DNA of 64,000 nt from Ktedonobacterales bacterium (lineage in GTDB: Bacteria > Chloroflexota > Ktedonobacteria > Ktedonobacterales > JADMIN01): the NCBI GenBank assembly GCA_035310125.1, contig DATGEP010000201.1:15684-79683 (forward strand), read 5' to 3'. Below the pieces are notes generated by a model that worked only from the letters and a program-made list of their open reading frames with translations, made no database searches and was not told where the DNA came from. The first letter of the stretch is position 1; every line of letters begins with the position of its first letter. A program made the position numbers and the translations under genes. This document shows, in pieces, positions 50,178 through 59,454 of the stretch.

Positions 50178-50207
50178 TACATTTACAGTATGTATACATT
50201 TACAGTA
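50178..50207 (+). repeat. tandem direct repeat TACATTTACAGTA x2 (period 17) in an AT-rich patch
   Basis: The copies lie at 50178-50190 and 50195-50207 and are exact. The surrounding 150 nt or so is visibly AT-richer than the rest of the window. Confidence 0.7.
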
Positions 50208-51238
50208 GATTTTTGTACGCGAGGATGCGCCGTGTATTTGTGATCGGGCGCGCGGCGACGTGTCTTTCTGGCCCGATACTGAGATGTGGAGATACGCGGT
50301 GCGCTGCGAATAGCCCGCCAAAAATAGCAGGTAAAAATCGGCGGGTCTATACTGGCACTACACTTTCCTGGTGATATCGGGCACTATGTACTTCGAGCGG
50401 AGGCATGGCGCCGTGGCTCGCTCCTGAGGCTATCCCTCGTGAGATAACCCTGAAGAGTCGTGTTATGGTAGTACGGCTTCCTAGCTGCGGCAGCGACCGG
50501 GGCGAATGATTGACTGATCACCCATGCGCTGTCGCCAGGAGGAGAACAATGGGAGTCATCTGGGACCACTCAGCTCGCACACGAAGCGCACCGGCCATCG
50601 TACAGGTGTGGCTCCGCCGCGTCATGTTGTGGCATCTCGCGGGACGCGCATCCTCTCACCCGCCCAATCCCTCCCCATTCACATCAAGGCACTGGAAGGC
50701 GCCCGCTCGGTGCTGTGCCGACAACCGGTCTAGGAGAATAGATGGAATGAAGATATCAGACTGCGACGCAGACTGGATATGTGGTAGTATGGCGGACACG
50801 ATACAAGTCCATGCAGCCTTCGTGTGGCGTTTGCGTGTGCAGCGACCGAGGCTTCTCTTTTCCGCCAGCCGCATTTCACACCGGTATCTGCCGCGCCGCC
50901 ATACGTCAGCGCTCGCTGTCGGCACCCGTTTTGCCGAGGTAGATACAACTCGTAATCGAGCCAGCACCACGTGCGCGCGGCGCCGCGAAGTACGGCGAGA
51001 TGTTCACCTGCGGCTCGCTGGTGAGCTGCCATATCAAAGACGATTCGTTCGCAACCATAGGGGTAATAGCGCGTCCGCGGAGTTTCGCCCGCACCTTGTT
51101 TGTGCGGGCACATCAGTCCACCGGACAGTGAGGGCACCATGGTACGCGGCACATTGGAGTGGATACTAGCGAGCCATCTCCATGCGGCTCCGTCTTACCG
51201 CTGGGCTTCGTCCGGTGGTCGGAAAGGGGCAGTGAAGC

Positions 51239-51760
51239 ATGGCCGGGATGAATCCACAGCGCAGGGAGCAGGCCGAACGCTTTGGTAAGCTCGTGAAGAG
51301 ATTCCGAGAGTCCAAGCGCCGCTCCCCCAATTCCCATGGACATAGCATGTTCATGACGCAGGCCGACCTTGCCATCCGTCTGCATCAGATTTGGAAAGAC
51401 ACGCATGAGGAAGACTGGCCGTTCGATTCCTCATGGGTTGGCAAATTGGAGCGTGGTCATGTGCTCGTGGATGGTGCGCTCGCGAATTGTGTCACGGAAG
51501 CGCTCGGAGCGACGCGGGACGAGCGCACGCTGTTGATGGCCGCGGTCGGATTTAACACGGTACCGGAGGATGTGTTGGACGATCTGCAGATTCCGGTGCA
51601 TGACATCCCCATCAGTCTTTCCGTTCACATGGACACGGTCTTGAAAGACAAAGGCGCCTTATTAGAAGATCTGCTCCATGTCGTGCATCAGATTAAAGAC
51701 ATCGTCCGCGACGAGATTCTCCGCAAGGTGCGGGATGCCGAGTCGCTGGACGGTGAGTAA
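51239..51760 (+). CDS. XRE-family helix-turn-helix protein
   Basis: The HTH-like segment reads MTQADLAIRLHQ...SSWVGKLERG, and the gene lies directly upstream of an ImmA/IrrE-type peptidase gene. Confidence 0.65.
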   Translation: MAGMNPQRREQAERFGKLVKRFRESKRRSPNSHGHSMFMTQADLAIRLHQIWKDTHEEDWPFDSSWVGKLERGHVLVDGALANCVTEALGATRDERTLLMAAVGFNTVPEDVLDDLQIPVHDIPISLSVHMDTVLKDKGALLEDLLHVVHQIKDIVRDEILRKVRDAESLDGE

Positions 51761-51920
51761 CGCCTGATGGTGCTGGCCGGAGAGGGCAGGTGGCACATGG
51801 AAGAAGGTACCTACCCCGCCCGGCCGGTAGACGGAGACAATCGCCCAGCTTCGTGCTGGACGGTACGTGCCTCCTTTCCGTGCCATCCGGGCAACATACT
51901 ACCGAAGGGGAGCACAGGTT

Positions 51921-52505
51921 GTGACACAGATAGTGCACGAACACCCGACACTAAGTCCGCTCACCGGCACCCAGCTGGACGATCCTCCGCATATCGAGTG
52001 GACGTTGGAGCGACTCATCGAGGCATGCCGGATCAAGGGCATTCGCTTTGACGAGACGCACAACCTCACCAGTTTGCAGGGCTTCGCCGTCAGCTGCGGC
52101 CGCACGGTTCTCATCAACGTGCGCGCGAATCTGCCGCGTGAGGAAAAACTGTTCACTCTGGCTCATGAGCTTGGACACATCGCGCTTGGGCGCATGTATA
52201 CCACCACTGTCGGCGAAGTGTTGGATTGGTTGGACACGTCGCTTGCCGCCTTTCAGGACGCCGCCCAGGAAACCAGCGCCGATCTCTGGGCAGCGCACCT
52301 GCTCGTCCCACCGGAGCTGTTTGCGGCCCACTATGCGGCTGCAAAGGAGCGGATGGCTACATCCCCAGAGGAGGACATCCTGGCCAGCGCTATGCGGCAG
52401 ACCGCCCGGTCGCTCGGCGTCCTACCACATGTTGTCGAGATCTGGTATGCCCATCGGGATGAATGCCCGGTGCCCGCGCCTGCGAGCTGGCTCAACGGCG
52501 TGTAA
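51921..52505 (+). CDS. ImmA/IrrE family metallo-endopeptidase
   Basis: It carries the HEXXH motif LAHELGHIALG and a downstream ADLWAAHLLVP block typical of DUF955/ImmA. GTG 51921 lies 8 nt after AAGGGGAG. The ORF-track start at 51867 is also possible. Confidence 0.8.
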   Translation: MTQIVHEHPTLSPLTGTQLDDPPHIEWTLERLIEACRIKGIRFDETHNLTSLQGFAVSCGRTVLINVRANLPREEKLFTLAHELGHIALGRMYTTTVGEVLDWLDTSLAAFQDAAQETSADLWAAHLLVPPELFAAHYAAAKERMATSPEEDILASAMRQTARSLGVLPHVVEIWYAHRDECPVPAPASWLNGV

Positions 52506-52521
52506 TCACACCGTTTGCCCG

Positions 52522-52565
52522 CATTTGGCACGCGCACGCCATGTATGGCGTGCGCGTGCCAAATG
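52522..52565. terminator. perfect 21-bp palindrome between convergent genes (likely bidirectional terminator)
   Basis: The arms are catttggcacgcgcacgccat and atggcgtgcgcgtgccaaatg, separated by gt. It lies 17 nt after the ImmA stop and 5 nt from the stop of the convergent HTH gene. Confidence 0.55.
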
Positions 52566-52569
52566 TTCG

Positions 52570-54102
52570 TCAAGGCTCACTCACCTGCTCATTGCGTGTG
52601 GGTGAGTCTTGGTCCATGCTTCGCAGGCCGTTCGCCTGCATGCGCAGCCATTTGATGATGCGACCTCGGTGCTTCTCCTGAGCAGGAATCCGCTCCCAGA
52701 GCTCCTTCTCAAAATAGTTGTAGAAAGCCGTGACAAGGTTCGCGTCGGCGATTGAGATGTCTACCTCGACGTTGCCGTGTGCCTGGACATTGTGCAGGGT
52801 TTCCATAAGGACCACGTACCCTTGCTTCACCATCCAGAACAACCGGCGCATCTGGGGATAGAGACGCTCCACCGTGTCTTCCTCTAGCAATGCTAGCTGG
52901 TAATGATGGTGTCTTTCTTCTAGTCGCTTCGCCAGCTCTTCGAGAACCTGCGCACGCTGCGGCTCGGTCAGGACACCGCTTTTGAGCAGCCGATCCGTTG
53001 GAGAGAAGACGCCGTCGCGAACCAGACGAAGAATTGACTGCTTTGTGCAGATATCGCGGACGCGGAAGTCCCGCAGCTCGGCCTCGAATGCTTCATTCCG
53101 GCGCTCTCGGATCGTGATGAGCTGGCGCAGGCGGTTAACCTCGCCCAATTCGCCCTCGGCCGTCGCTTTCTCTTTAAGGATCGTCGCGCGTGTCTCATAG
53201 ATCGAAAACGGCACATGGGCCTCACTCAACCCGTCCATGACGAGGCAGCGGTTGCCCTCTTGATAATCGGCCTCCGCGAGCGCACTGCTGAATCCAACGG
53301 CGTTTGGTGGTGTCCGCTGTAACAATGCGTGATTCTTGCCGCACAGCGATTTGAGCATTGCGGAAAGCATCTCGTACTCGGCACCCTCGCTCATTACGTC
53401 GCAGCTCGCCGGCTCGCCACCACGTGGCAAAACCAGCTTGAACAGGCCGCACCCCGGAGCCAGGATATATTCACATGCCCGCGAGTCAACCTGATAGGTG
53501 TCAACGTATACTGGATTGTAGTTTCCGGCTGCGCTCAGCAGCCCAATGAGATTCTCGACGATCCCTTTCGAGCGCGCCGGCCCTGGCGTTCCATAGTAAA
53601 GATGCACAATATCCCATCGGGCATCCAATGCCGCGCGCAGCGCCGCTATCCAGCGCGCTCGCAGCCGCGCGGCCCGCTGGAACACGCCCTCCGGGCCGAA
53701 ACTCGTAATGACGATAGGCTCCTGGCGTTGGCCAGACTGATGCGCGGCATCCAATACGAAGCCAATTGCTTCATTCATAACGCGCTCCAGCGCGCGTGTG
53801 TCGTCGTCAATCTGCGTATCCCGTTTCGGCGTGTCTATCCCACCGTCCAGCTTGCGCTCTAGCCACTCAACCCTCGATTTGAGCATCTGGAGCTCGTGCG
53901 TGAGCGCCTCTAGCGGTCCGTTTTCGGCTGAGAGCGCCGCGAGCGGGCGCTTATGGCGGCGTGCCAGCTCGTACAGTTGGTCGGACGAAATAACCGATGC
54001 TTCCAGAATTGGCGGGGTGATCGTGGCCGTACGCAGCCACCTGTGCAACGTGGTTTTCCTCACCTGCAAGAGTCTCGCGGCTTCCTCCAGAGCGTAGTAC
54101 AT
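52570..54102 (-). CDS. HTH (excisionase/MerR-like) protein with a C-terminal region of about 430 aa of unknown function
   Basis: The N-terminus MYYALEEAARLLQVRKTTLHRWLR is a typical HTH_17-like element, followed by a coiled-coil (LTHELQMLKSRVEWLERKL) and a large uncharacterised region. A GGAGAGG Shine-Dalgarno sequence precedes it. Confidence 0.7.
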   Translation of the reverse strand: MYYALEEAARLLQVRKTTLHRWLRTATITPPILEASVISSDQLYELARRHKRPLAALSAENGPLEALTHELQMLKSRVEWLERKLDGGIDTPKRDTQIDDDTRALERVMNEAIGFVLDAAHQSGQRQEPIVITSFGPEGVFQRAARLRARWIAALRAALDARWDIVHLYYGTPGPARSKGIVENLIGLLSAAGNYNPVYVDTYQVDSRACEYILAPGCGLFKLVLPRGGEPASCDVMSEGAEYEMLSAMLKSLCGKNHALLQRTPPNAVGFSSALAEADYQEGNRCLVMDGLSEAHVPFSIYETRATILKEKATAEGELGEVNRLRQLITIRERRNEAFEAELRDFRVRDICTKQSILRLVRDGVFSPTDRLLKSGVLTEPQRAQVLEELAKRLEERHHHYQLALLEEDTVERLYPQMRRLFWMVKQGYVVLMETLHNVQAHGNVEVDISIADANLVTAFYNYFEKELWERIPAQEKHRGRIIKWLRMQANGLRSMDQDSPTRNEQVSEP

Positions 54103-54477
54103 CGTTGTCGCCTCTCCGGTGCTGGCGCGCCCGTGCGCCCTATCTCGTCACATTCCTCTCTCCGGCCAGGGTTCGTAAATCGCGTCTGCTGACCGCACGG
54201 TGTATAGTGTAAAGCGCGTTACCTTCCCTGTATAGCCCCTCACACCGAGACAGGAACACTCCAGCGCGGCTGACACAGAGAAGGACGCATTGACACAATA
54301 TGATGCACACTCTAAAGGAGCCGCTGTGTCTCGCGTGTATTACCCGTGTGCAATTCCAGGGGCGGCGTCCAGTGCTGCCACACCGGCGCAACCACCCGCC
54401 GGTGCGCTGCTGGGCGTTGATACAGCGCATCTCGCATGCTGGTTCCCGATCCGCCGCTTTCGCTGAGGCCAAATACG

Positions 54478-55422
54478 ATGTCGCCATCCGCTATCTCGTG
54501 CGTCTTCTTCGGCATGGCGGGCGCATTCTCACGCCCGCCGCTTGAGGCGCTGCTTCGAGCCGGCGTTGCCGTGCGCGCGGTGGCGCTACCGGCGCTCTCC
54601 GGTGTTTCCGTCGCCGATCCCGACGTACCATACATCGTGCCGCCGCGCCCCCCGACCGCTATCAGGCGGCGTACCCTACCGCTGCTGTCTCCGGCTCGTG
54701 ACGACGACTCGATTCTCCAGATAGCCGCCGCACGAGACATTCCTCTCCTGGAGCTTCGCCAGCTCGGTGACCCGCGTACCCTCGCGGCGCTGGCCGCATT
54801 CGCACCTGACGCGATCTGTGTAGCGTGCTTCTCGCGCCGCATACCCTCCGCGCTGCTGCGCTTACCGCGTTTGGGCTGCCTGAATGTGCATCCCTCGTTG
54901 CTGCCCGATAATCGCGGCCCCGATCCGCTCTTCTGGACGTTTCGTAATGGCGACACACAGACCGGCGCGACCGTTCATATCATGGATGAAGGGCTGGATA
55001 GCGGGCCTATCGTCGCCCAGCGCGCCATTCCCGTAGAGGAAGGCATCACGCAGGCGGAGCTGGAATGGACGTGCGCCACAATGGGCGGCGAGCTGCTCGT
55101 GGAGGCGCTGTGTGGCTTAGCCGAGGGCAGTCTCACTCCCCAGCCGCAGGATGAGCGTCTGGCGACCGTTTATCCCTGGCCCTCGGACGACGACTATCTC
55201 ATCACCCCGGACCGCCCGGCACGGTGGGCATATTCCTTTGCGCGCGGTGTCGGCGGCACGGTGCGTCCGATCTATATCGCAACATCCGGCGCGACATTCC
55301 GGCTGGCTGCTCCGGTTGGGTACGATGCCGCCGCGACGTTGGGAGCGCCATACCGCCTCGCGGGCCAGGAGCTGGCGCTCCAGTGCGCGCCCGGTGTGTT
55401 CTATGCGCGGATTGATGCGTAG
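54478..55422 (+). CDS. formyltransferase family protein (Fmt-like)
   Basis: It carries the LNVHPSLLPDNRG motif and the TGATVHIMDEGLDSGPIV block, with a C-terminal Fmt-like domain. It is not next to def, so it is probably not the housekeeping fmt. Confidence 0.75.
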   Translation: MSPSAISCVFFGMAGAFSRPPLEALLRAGVAVRAVALPALSGVSVADPDVPYIVPPRPPTAIRRRTLPLLSPARDDDSILQIAAARDIPLLELRQLGDPRTLAALAAFAPDAICVACFSRRIPSALLRLPRLGCLNVHPSLLPDNRGPDPLFWTFRNGDTQTGATVHIMDEGLDSGPIVAQRAIPVEEGITQAELEWTCATMGGELLVEALCGLAEGSLTPQPQDERLATVYPWPSDDDYLITPDRPARWAYSFARGVGGTVRPIYIATSGATFRLAAPVGYDAAATLGAPYRLAGQELALQCAPGVFYARIDA

Positions 55423-55705
55423 GGGCGCGACATCGGCACTACCGGGAGCGACCATGAGGCCGAAGTTCGGGCCGGCCCCCGGCGACTGTTTCGTCGAGTC
55501 GAGCATCGTGACGGCGACCGGCCTTCACCTACTTGACTATAACCGGCGCCGCATGCGACACCCTGCAATACGCCTTCGCGTCCGGAAGCGGGTGAACTCG
55601 AATACGCCATCCAGCGTACTATGAACATGGCATACGTTTTGCCTATGGCATCAGCGTGTCATTCAGCCAGACGTGCCGGCACATCGTACCAGGAGGGCTC
55701 CCAGC

Positions 55706-56479
55706 ATGCACTTCGCCATTCAGGATCTCGACCACCTGCTGGCGCTTTACGGCTATTGGGCGGTGCTGATCTTCGTCGCCATCGAGAGCACGGGCATCCC
55801 GTTTCCTGGCGAGACCATGCTGCTGACAGCCGCGATCTATGCCGGCAGCACGCATCACCTCAATATCTTCGTGGTTGTCGTGGCGGCGGCGGCGGGCGCG
55901 ATCCTCGGCGACAACCTCGGCTATTTCGTCGGGCGAGAGGGCGGATATCGTCTGCTTCGACGCTTCGGCAGATTCATCCATGTGCGCGAGCGCGAGCTGA
56001 AACTGGGGCAATTGCTCTTTATGCGTCATGGCGGGAAGGTGGTCTTCTTCGGGCGCTTCGTCTCAATTCTGCGAACGTATGCTGCGTTCCTCGCGGGCGT
56101 CAACCATATGCGCTATCCGGCGTTCTTTCTCGCGAACGCGGCGGGCGGCATCATCTGGGCGGCGATATATGGCTTCGGTGGGTTCATTCTCGGCAAGAAT
56201 GTAGATCGGTTCACTGGACCGACTGGCATCGTTTTCGGTATCGCGGCGATCATTATCATCGTCGTCTTCCTGTTTTTTCTCAGGCGCAATTTCAACCGGC
56301 TCGCGGACGAAGCGGAACGTGAGCTTCCCGGCTCTCTGGATCAGTATCGTCGGGGCGCCGGGTCGCGTGATACCTCCGGAAAACAGGACATCACAGCCAA
56401 CGGCGCGAATGCGTTGGACGCTCACTGGAGCGCGAATGCGGACGAGGCGGAGCAATCCACGTCGAGCACACCGACATAG
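55706..56479 (+). CDS. DedA family membrane protein
   Basis: From ATG 55706 (AGGAGGG upstream) it reads ...YGYWAVLIFVAIESTGIPFPGETMLL...FFGRFVSILRTY. Confidence 0.85.
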   Translation: MHFAIQDLDHLLALYGYWAVLIFVAIESTGIPFPGETMLLTAAIYAGSTHHLNIFVVVVAAAAGAILGDNLGYFVGREGGYRLLRRFGRFIHVRERELKLGQLLFMRHGGKVVFFGRFVSILRTYAAFLAGVNHMRYPAFFLANAAGGIIWAAIYGFGGFILGKNVDRFTGPTGIVFGIAAIIIIVVFLFFLRRNFNRLADEAERELPGSLDQYRRGAGSRDTSGKQDITANGANALDAHWSANADEAEQSTSSTPT

Positions 56480-56629
56480 GCCCGGTGATTACAAAAATCT
56501 CGCATTCGTATCAAGCTCATCGAGAGAGATGATACGGCATTCCTCAGCAGGAATAATCGCGCCGTTGATATGGCGCGACTCATCTGGGGGCCAGGAAGAG
56601 CGCGAGTGGTCTCACCCGCGCCCGAGTTG

Positions 56630-57040
56630 CTATTCCCTCAAGGGCGGGAAACGTGGTGTGCGCGCGGGCGCCGGATGTATGAAGAATCGCCCGGCGCCGT
56701 GTTCTGTCACGTTGTGACCGACCATCCGGCACCATACGAGCAACGCAACTGCCACATCCTCATTCGTCGTATGTACCTCTAGACCGGTTCCCATGGCAGC
56801 CTGGCGCAGTGCGTGGGCGATCACTTCGAGGGGGCCGTCGCCGCATTCTTTATCGCCAAGGTCAAGAACTGTCGCCATGCTGGGCGGCGGACACACTGTA
56901 CTCATCTCCGCGGGTGCGGGTGCGAGCACAAGGAGTGGAAGTGTTGGAGATTCGTCTATGTTGTCAGCATCAATGGACCTTGCTGATCCAGCCTGCCCAT
57001 ACATCGTGCTGATCGTTTCTTCCGCTTTTATCATTTTCAC
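56630..57040 (-). CDS. TusA/SirA-like domain protein
   Basis: The C-terminal 80 aa or so read VLDLGDKECGDGPLEVIAHAL...EVHTTNEDVAVALLVWCRMVGHNV, which resembles the TusA fold with its N-terminal Cys loop. The start codon is unresolved (57040, 56905 or 56878). Confidence 0.45.
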   Translation of the reverse strand: MKMIKAEETISTMYGQAGSARSIDADNIDESPTLPLLVLAPAPAEMSTVCPPPSMATVLDLGDKECGDGPLEVIAHALRQAAMGTGLEVHTTNEDVAVALLVWCRMVGHNVTEHGAGRFFIHPAPARTPRFPPLRE

Positions 57041-57148
57041 GCCATCAAAGGAGTGTCCCAGCGCACGCGACGCCGGAGGTATGGACCCACAAACACCTTA
57101 TGACTCCCACATGAGGAAGTCGCCCCATCGCAGCGGTCTGCGTATCAT

Positions 57149-57439
57149 TTATGCCTTTACGGCGACATCATAGGTTGCCAGCGAGGGCGGCGCGCTAAAG
57201 AAAGCGGCGAACTTGCTCACTTGCTCGCGGTAGACCCCATTCGCCTCATACGCCTGCCCATCGGCTTCGGACTCCCACAGACTTATAGATTGACCTGTAC
57301 CGGAGGGATCGGTGAGAAGATACATGCCCTGGAAGCCGTGCTGGGTTTTGACGAACGGCACGACGTTGTTTTGGTACAGCGCCGTCGCTTCGGCAATCTT
57401 GTCGGGCTGCAAATGAACTGTTGTGATACTCGCGTGCAT
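57149..57439 (-). CDS. ABM (antibiotic biosynthesis monooxygenase-like) domain protein
   Basis: 96 aa with a ferredoxin-like ABM pattern (GFQGMYLL..., SISLWESEADGQAY). A GGGGAG Shine-Dalgarno sequence precedes it. Confidence 0.7.
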   Translation of the reverse strand: MHASITTVHLQPDKIAEATALYQNNVVPFVKTQHGFQGMYLLTDPSGTGQSISLWESEADGQAYEANGVYREQVSKFAAFFSAPPSLATYDVAVKA

Positions 57440-57964
57440 ACCAATCTCCCCTCTGTGCTCAGACGTGGGTCATCCACCATTTGATTGCCCACGTAGCCGA
57501 TTCTCAACATCCCGGCGCCAGTGTCGCTCGCTCAAGAGGACCGGCGGCCAACCGGACGGAAATCAACGAAACTGTACCACATACTTTCGGCTGCTGTACA
57601 GATCAACGACACCTTTACGCAATTTAGCTCAGATGATTCTGGACCGCGGCTCGCTATGATCACACCTCCCACCAGATACTGACCACCAATGCTCGAAGGC
57701 AGTCTCCACGGAACGGTGAATGGCCCTCGTGGTGTACATACACGGCATGCGCCACTGACCGGAAACGATGCCAGAATTGTGAGTAGGTAACGGAGCGGCG
57801 GAATGCTGATCTAGTGGGCGCGCACGCCCATCTCTAAGAGATCCGGATCGCTGGCCCCTTTGGCGGGTACACCATCCTGGCTCTACCCTACCAGCGATGC
57901 CTCTACGGGCACATCATATTCGTTGCCGCGCATTATACACCAGTATGCAAGCCCCTGGCGCGCG

Positions 57965-59446
57965 TTAGTCCCGCCATGCAGGTAACACGATGGTAATTGC
58001 TGTTCCGGCGCCTTCCTTGCTTGCGATAGATATCGTGCCGCCTTGCGCCTCCACCAGACTCTTCGCGATTGCCAGCCCCAGGCCACTTCCACCTGGCCGG
58101 GTGCCAGCACGGGCCCTCGCGGGATCTGCGCGGTAGAAGCGGTCGAAGACATGGGGCAGCGCATCGGCGGAGATACCCGCGCCCGTATCGCGCACCTCCA
58201 CAGCCACTCCGCCGCCCGCGTCGTTCTTGGCGGGACGCGCCACCAGCTCCACATTTCCTGGTGCTGGGGTAAATTTCAGGGCGTTTTCCACTACATTCAG
58301 GAGCACCTGACGGACGCGGTCGGCATCGGCCCGTACGGGCGGCAGCCCTTCCGCCACGTCGCAGCGAATCTCCTGCCCTTTAGCCAGTTGACGCGCTTGC
58401 TCCGTCACATCCTCTAACAGCGGCCCCAGCTCGATGCGCTCCAGGCGCAGTCCAGCGCGTCCTTCGTCCAGCCGTGTGAGCGTGAGCAAATCCTCCACCA
58501 GCCGGCGCATGCGCTCCGTCTCCGCATACATGCCGCGCATCAACCGGCGCGAAGCCTCGACATCACCGCGATCCGCGCCCATCAGCAGCATCTCCAGGCC
58601 ACCGCCCAATGCCGTGAGCGGCGTGCGCAGCTCATGCGCCGCATCGGCCACGAAGCGCTTCTGCCGCGCGAATGTCTCCTCCAGCCGCGCCACCATGATA
58701 TTGAAGGATCGCGCCAGATTGCCGATTTCGTCATGTGCCGGCGGCGGCTCCAGGCGCAGCGAGAGCGCACCATCGGCGATACGCCGGCTGGCCTGCTCCA
58801 TCGTCCGGAGGGGACGCAGCGCGGTGTTCACCAGCGGAAAAATGAGCGCGGCGGCGATGGCGAGCGCGGCAAACATGCCAATGGTGAGAATCAGCCGTGT
58901 CGCCACGACCGCATGGTCAATGGGCGCGGTGGGAGTGTGCAGAATCAGCAGGGCGGTAGTCGGAGCTCCCTGGTAGCTAATGTAGACAGGAAAGAGCACG
59001 ACGAGCTGGCGCTGTCCCGTTGTGTCGCGTTCAACGAGATAGGTGTAGGTATCTGGCGCCCGGTCGTTGAGTGCGCGTTGAAGATCGCTGGAGCTGATCG
59101 TCACCTGCGCGGGAGCTTCCAGTTCTGGCGTGCTGCTGGTTGGTGTTACATTCGTTCCGTCAGGCAACAAAATCATCACGCCCGTATTCGCCCCGGCCAA
59201 ACGGTGAGCCAGCACATCCGAGTCCACGTGGACGGAGGCAGCCAGTTGCCCTTCGTTGTAGAGCGCCGCCGCCTGGTTCGCGAGCAACGCGTGCTGCTCA
59301 GTAAACGAGATGAGCCCACCCAGCGCACCCAGCAGCAAGGCCAGCAACGCGAAGGTGACAAGCGCCAGCCGCCAGCGTAATGGGAGCTGCTCGCCCCACG
59401 TGCGCACTCGCTCGACCACCCCGCGCATGCATGCTCTGCTTTTCAT
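57965..59446 (-). CDS. sensor histidine kinase (TM-sensor-TM-HAMP-HisKA-HATPase)
   Basis: It carries the H-box FVADAAHELRTPL, the N box NALKFTP and the G boxes DTGAGI and GGSGLGLAI. Confidence 0.9.
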   Translation of the reverse strand: MKSRACMRGVVERVRTWGEQLPLRWRLALVTFALLALLLGALGGLISFTEQHALLANQAAALYNEGQLAASVHVDSDVLAHRLAGANTGVMILLPDGTNVTPTSSTPELEAPAQVTISSSDLQRALNDRAPDTYTYLVERDTTGQRQLVVLFPVYISYQGAPTTALLILHTPTAPIDHAVVATRLILTIGMFAALAIAAALIFPLVNTALRPLRTMEQASRRIADGALSLRLEPPPAHDEIGNLARSFNIMVARLEETFARQKRFVADAAHELRTPLTALGGGLEMLLMGADRGDVEASRRLMRGMYAETERMRRLVEDLLTLTRLDEGRAGLRLERIELGPLLEDVTEQARQLAKGQEIRCDVAEGLPPVRADADRVRQVLLNVVENALKFTPAPGNVELVARPAKNDAGGGVAVEVRDTGAGISADALPHVFDRFYRADPARARAGTRPGGSGLGLAIAKSLVEAQGGTISIASKEGAGTAITIVLPAWRD

Positions 59447-59454
59447 GCGCCGTC

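Noticed and set aside
50510-51169. 219-aa ORF with a strong AGGAGGAG before an internal ATG (50549)
   Set aside because: Its composition (R, W, C, H-rich, with no hydrophobic core pattern) is unlike the real proteins here, and several overlapping frames are equally open. It is kept only as part of the gene-poor-region finding.
54290-54318. TTGACA followed 17 nt later by TAAAGG, upstream of the formyltransferase-like gene
   Set aside because: The -10 candidate matches the consensus at only 3 of 6 positions. This is not enough to report a promoter.
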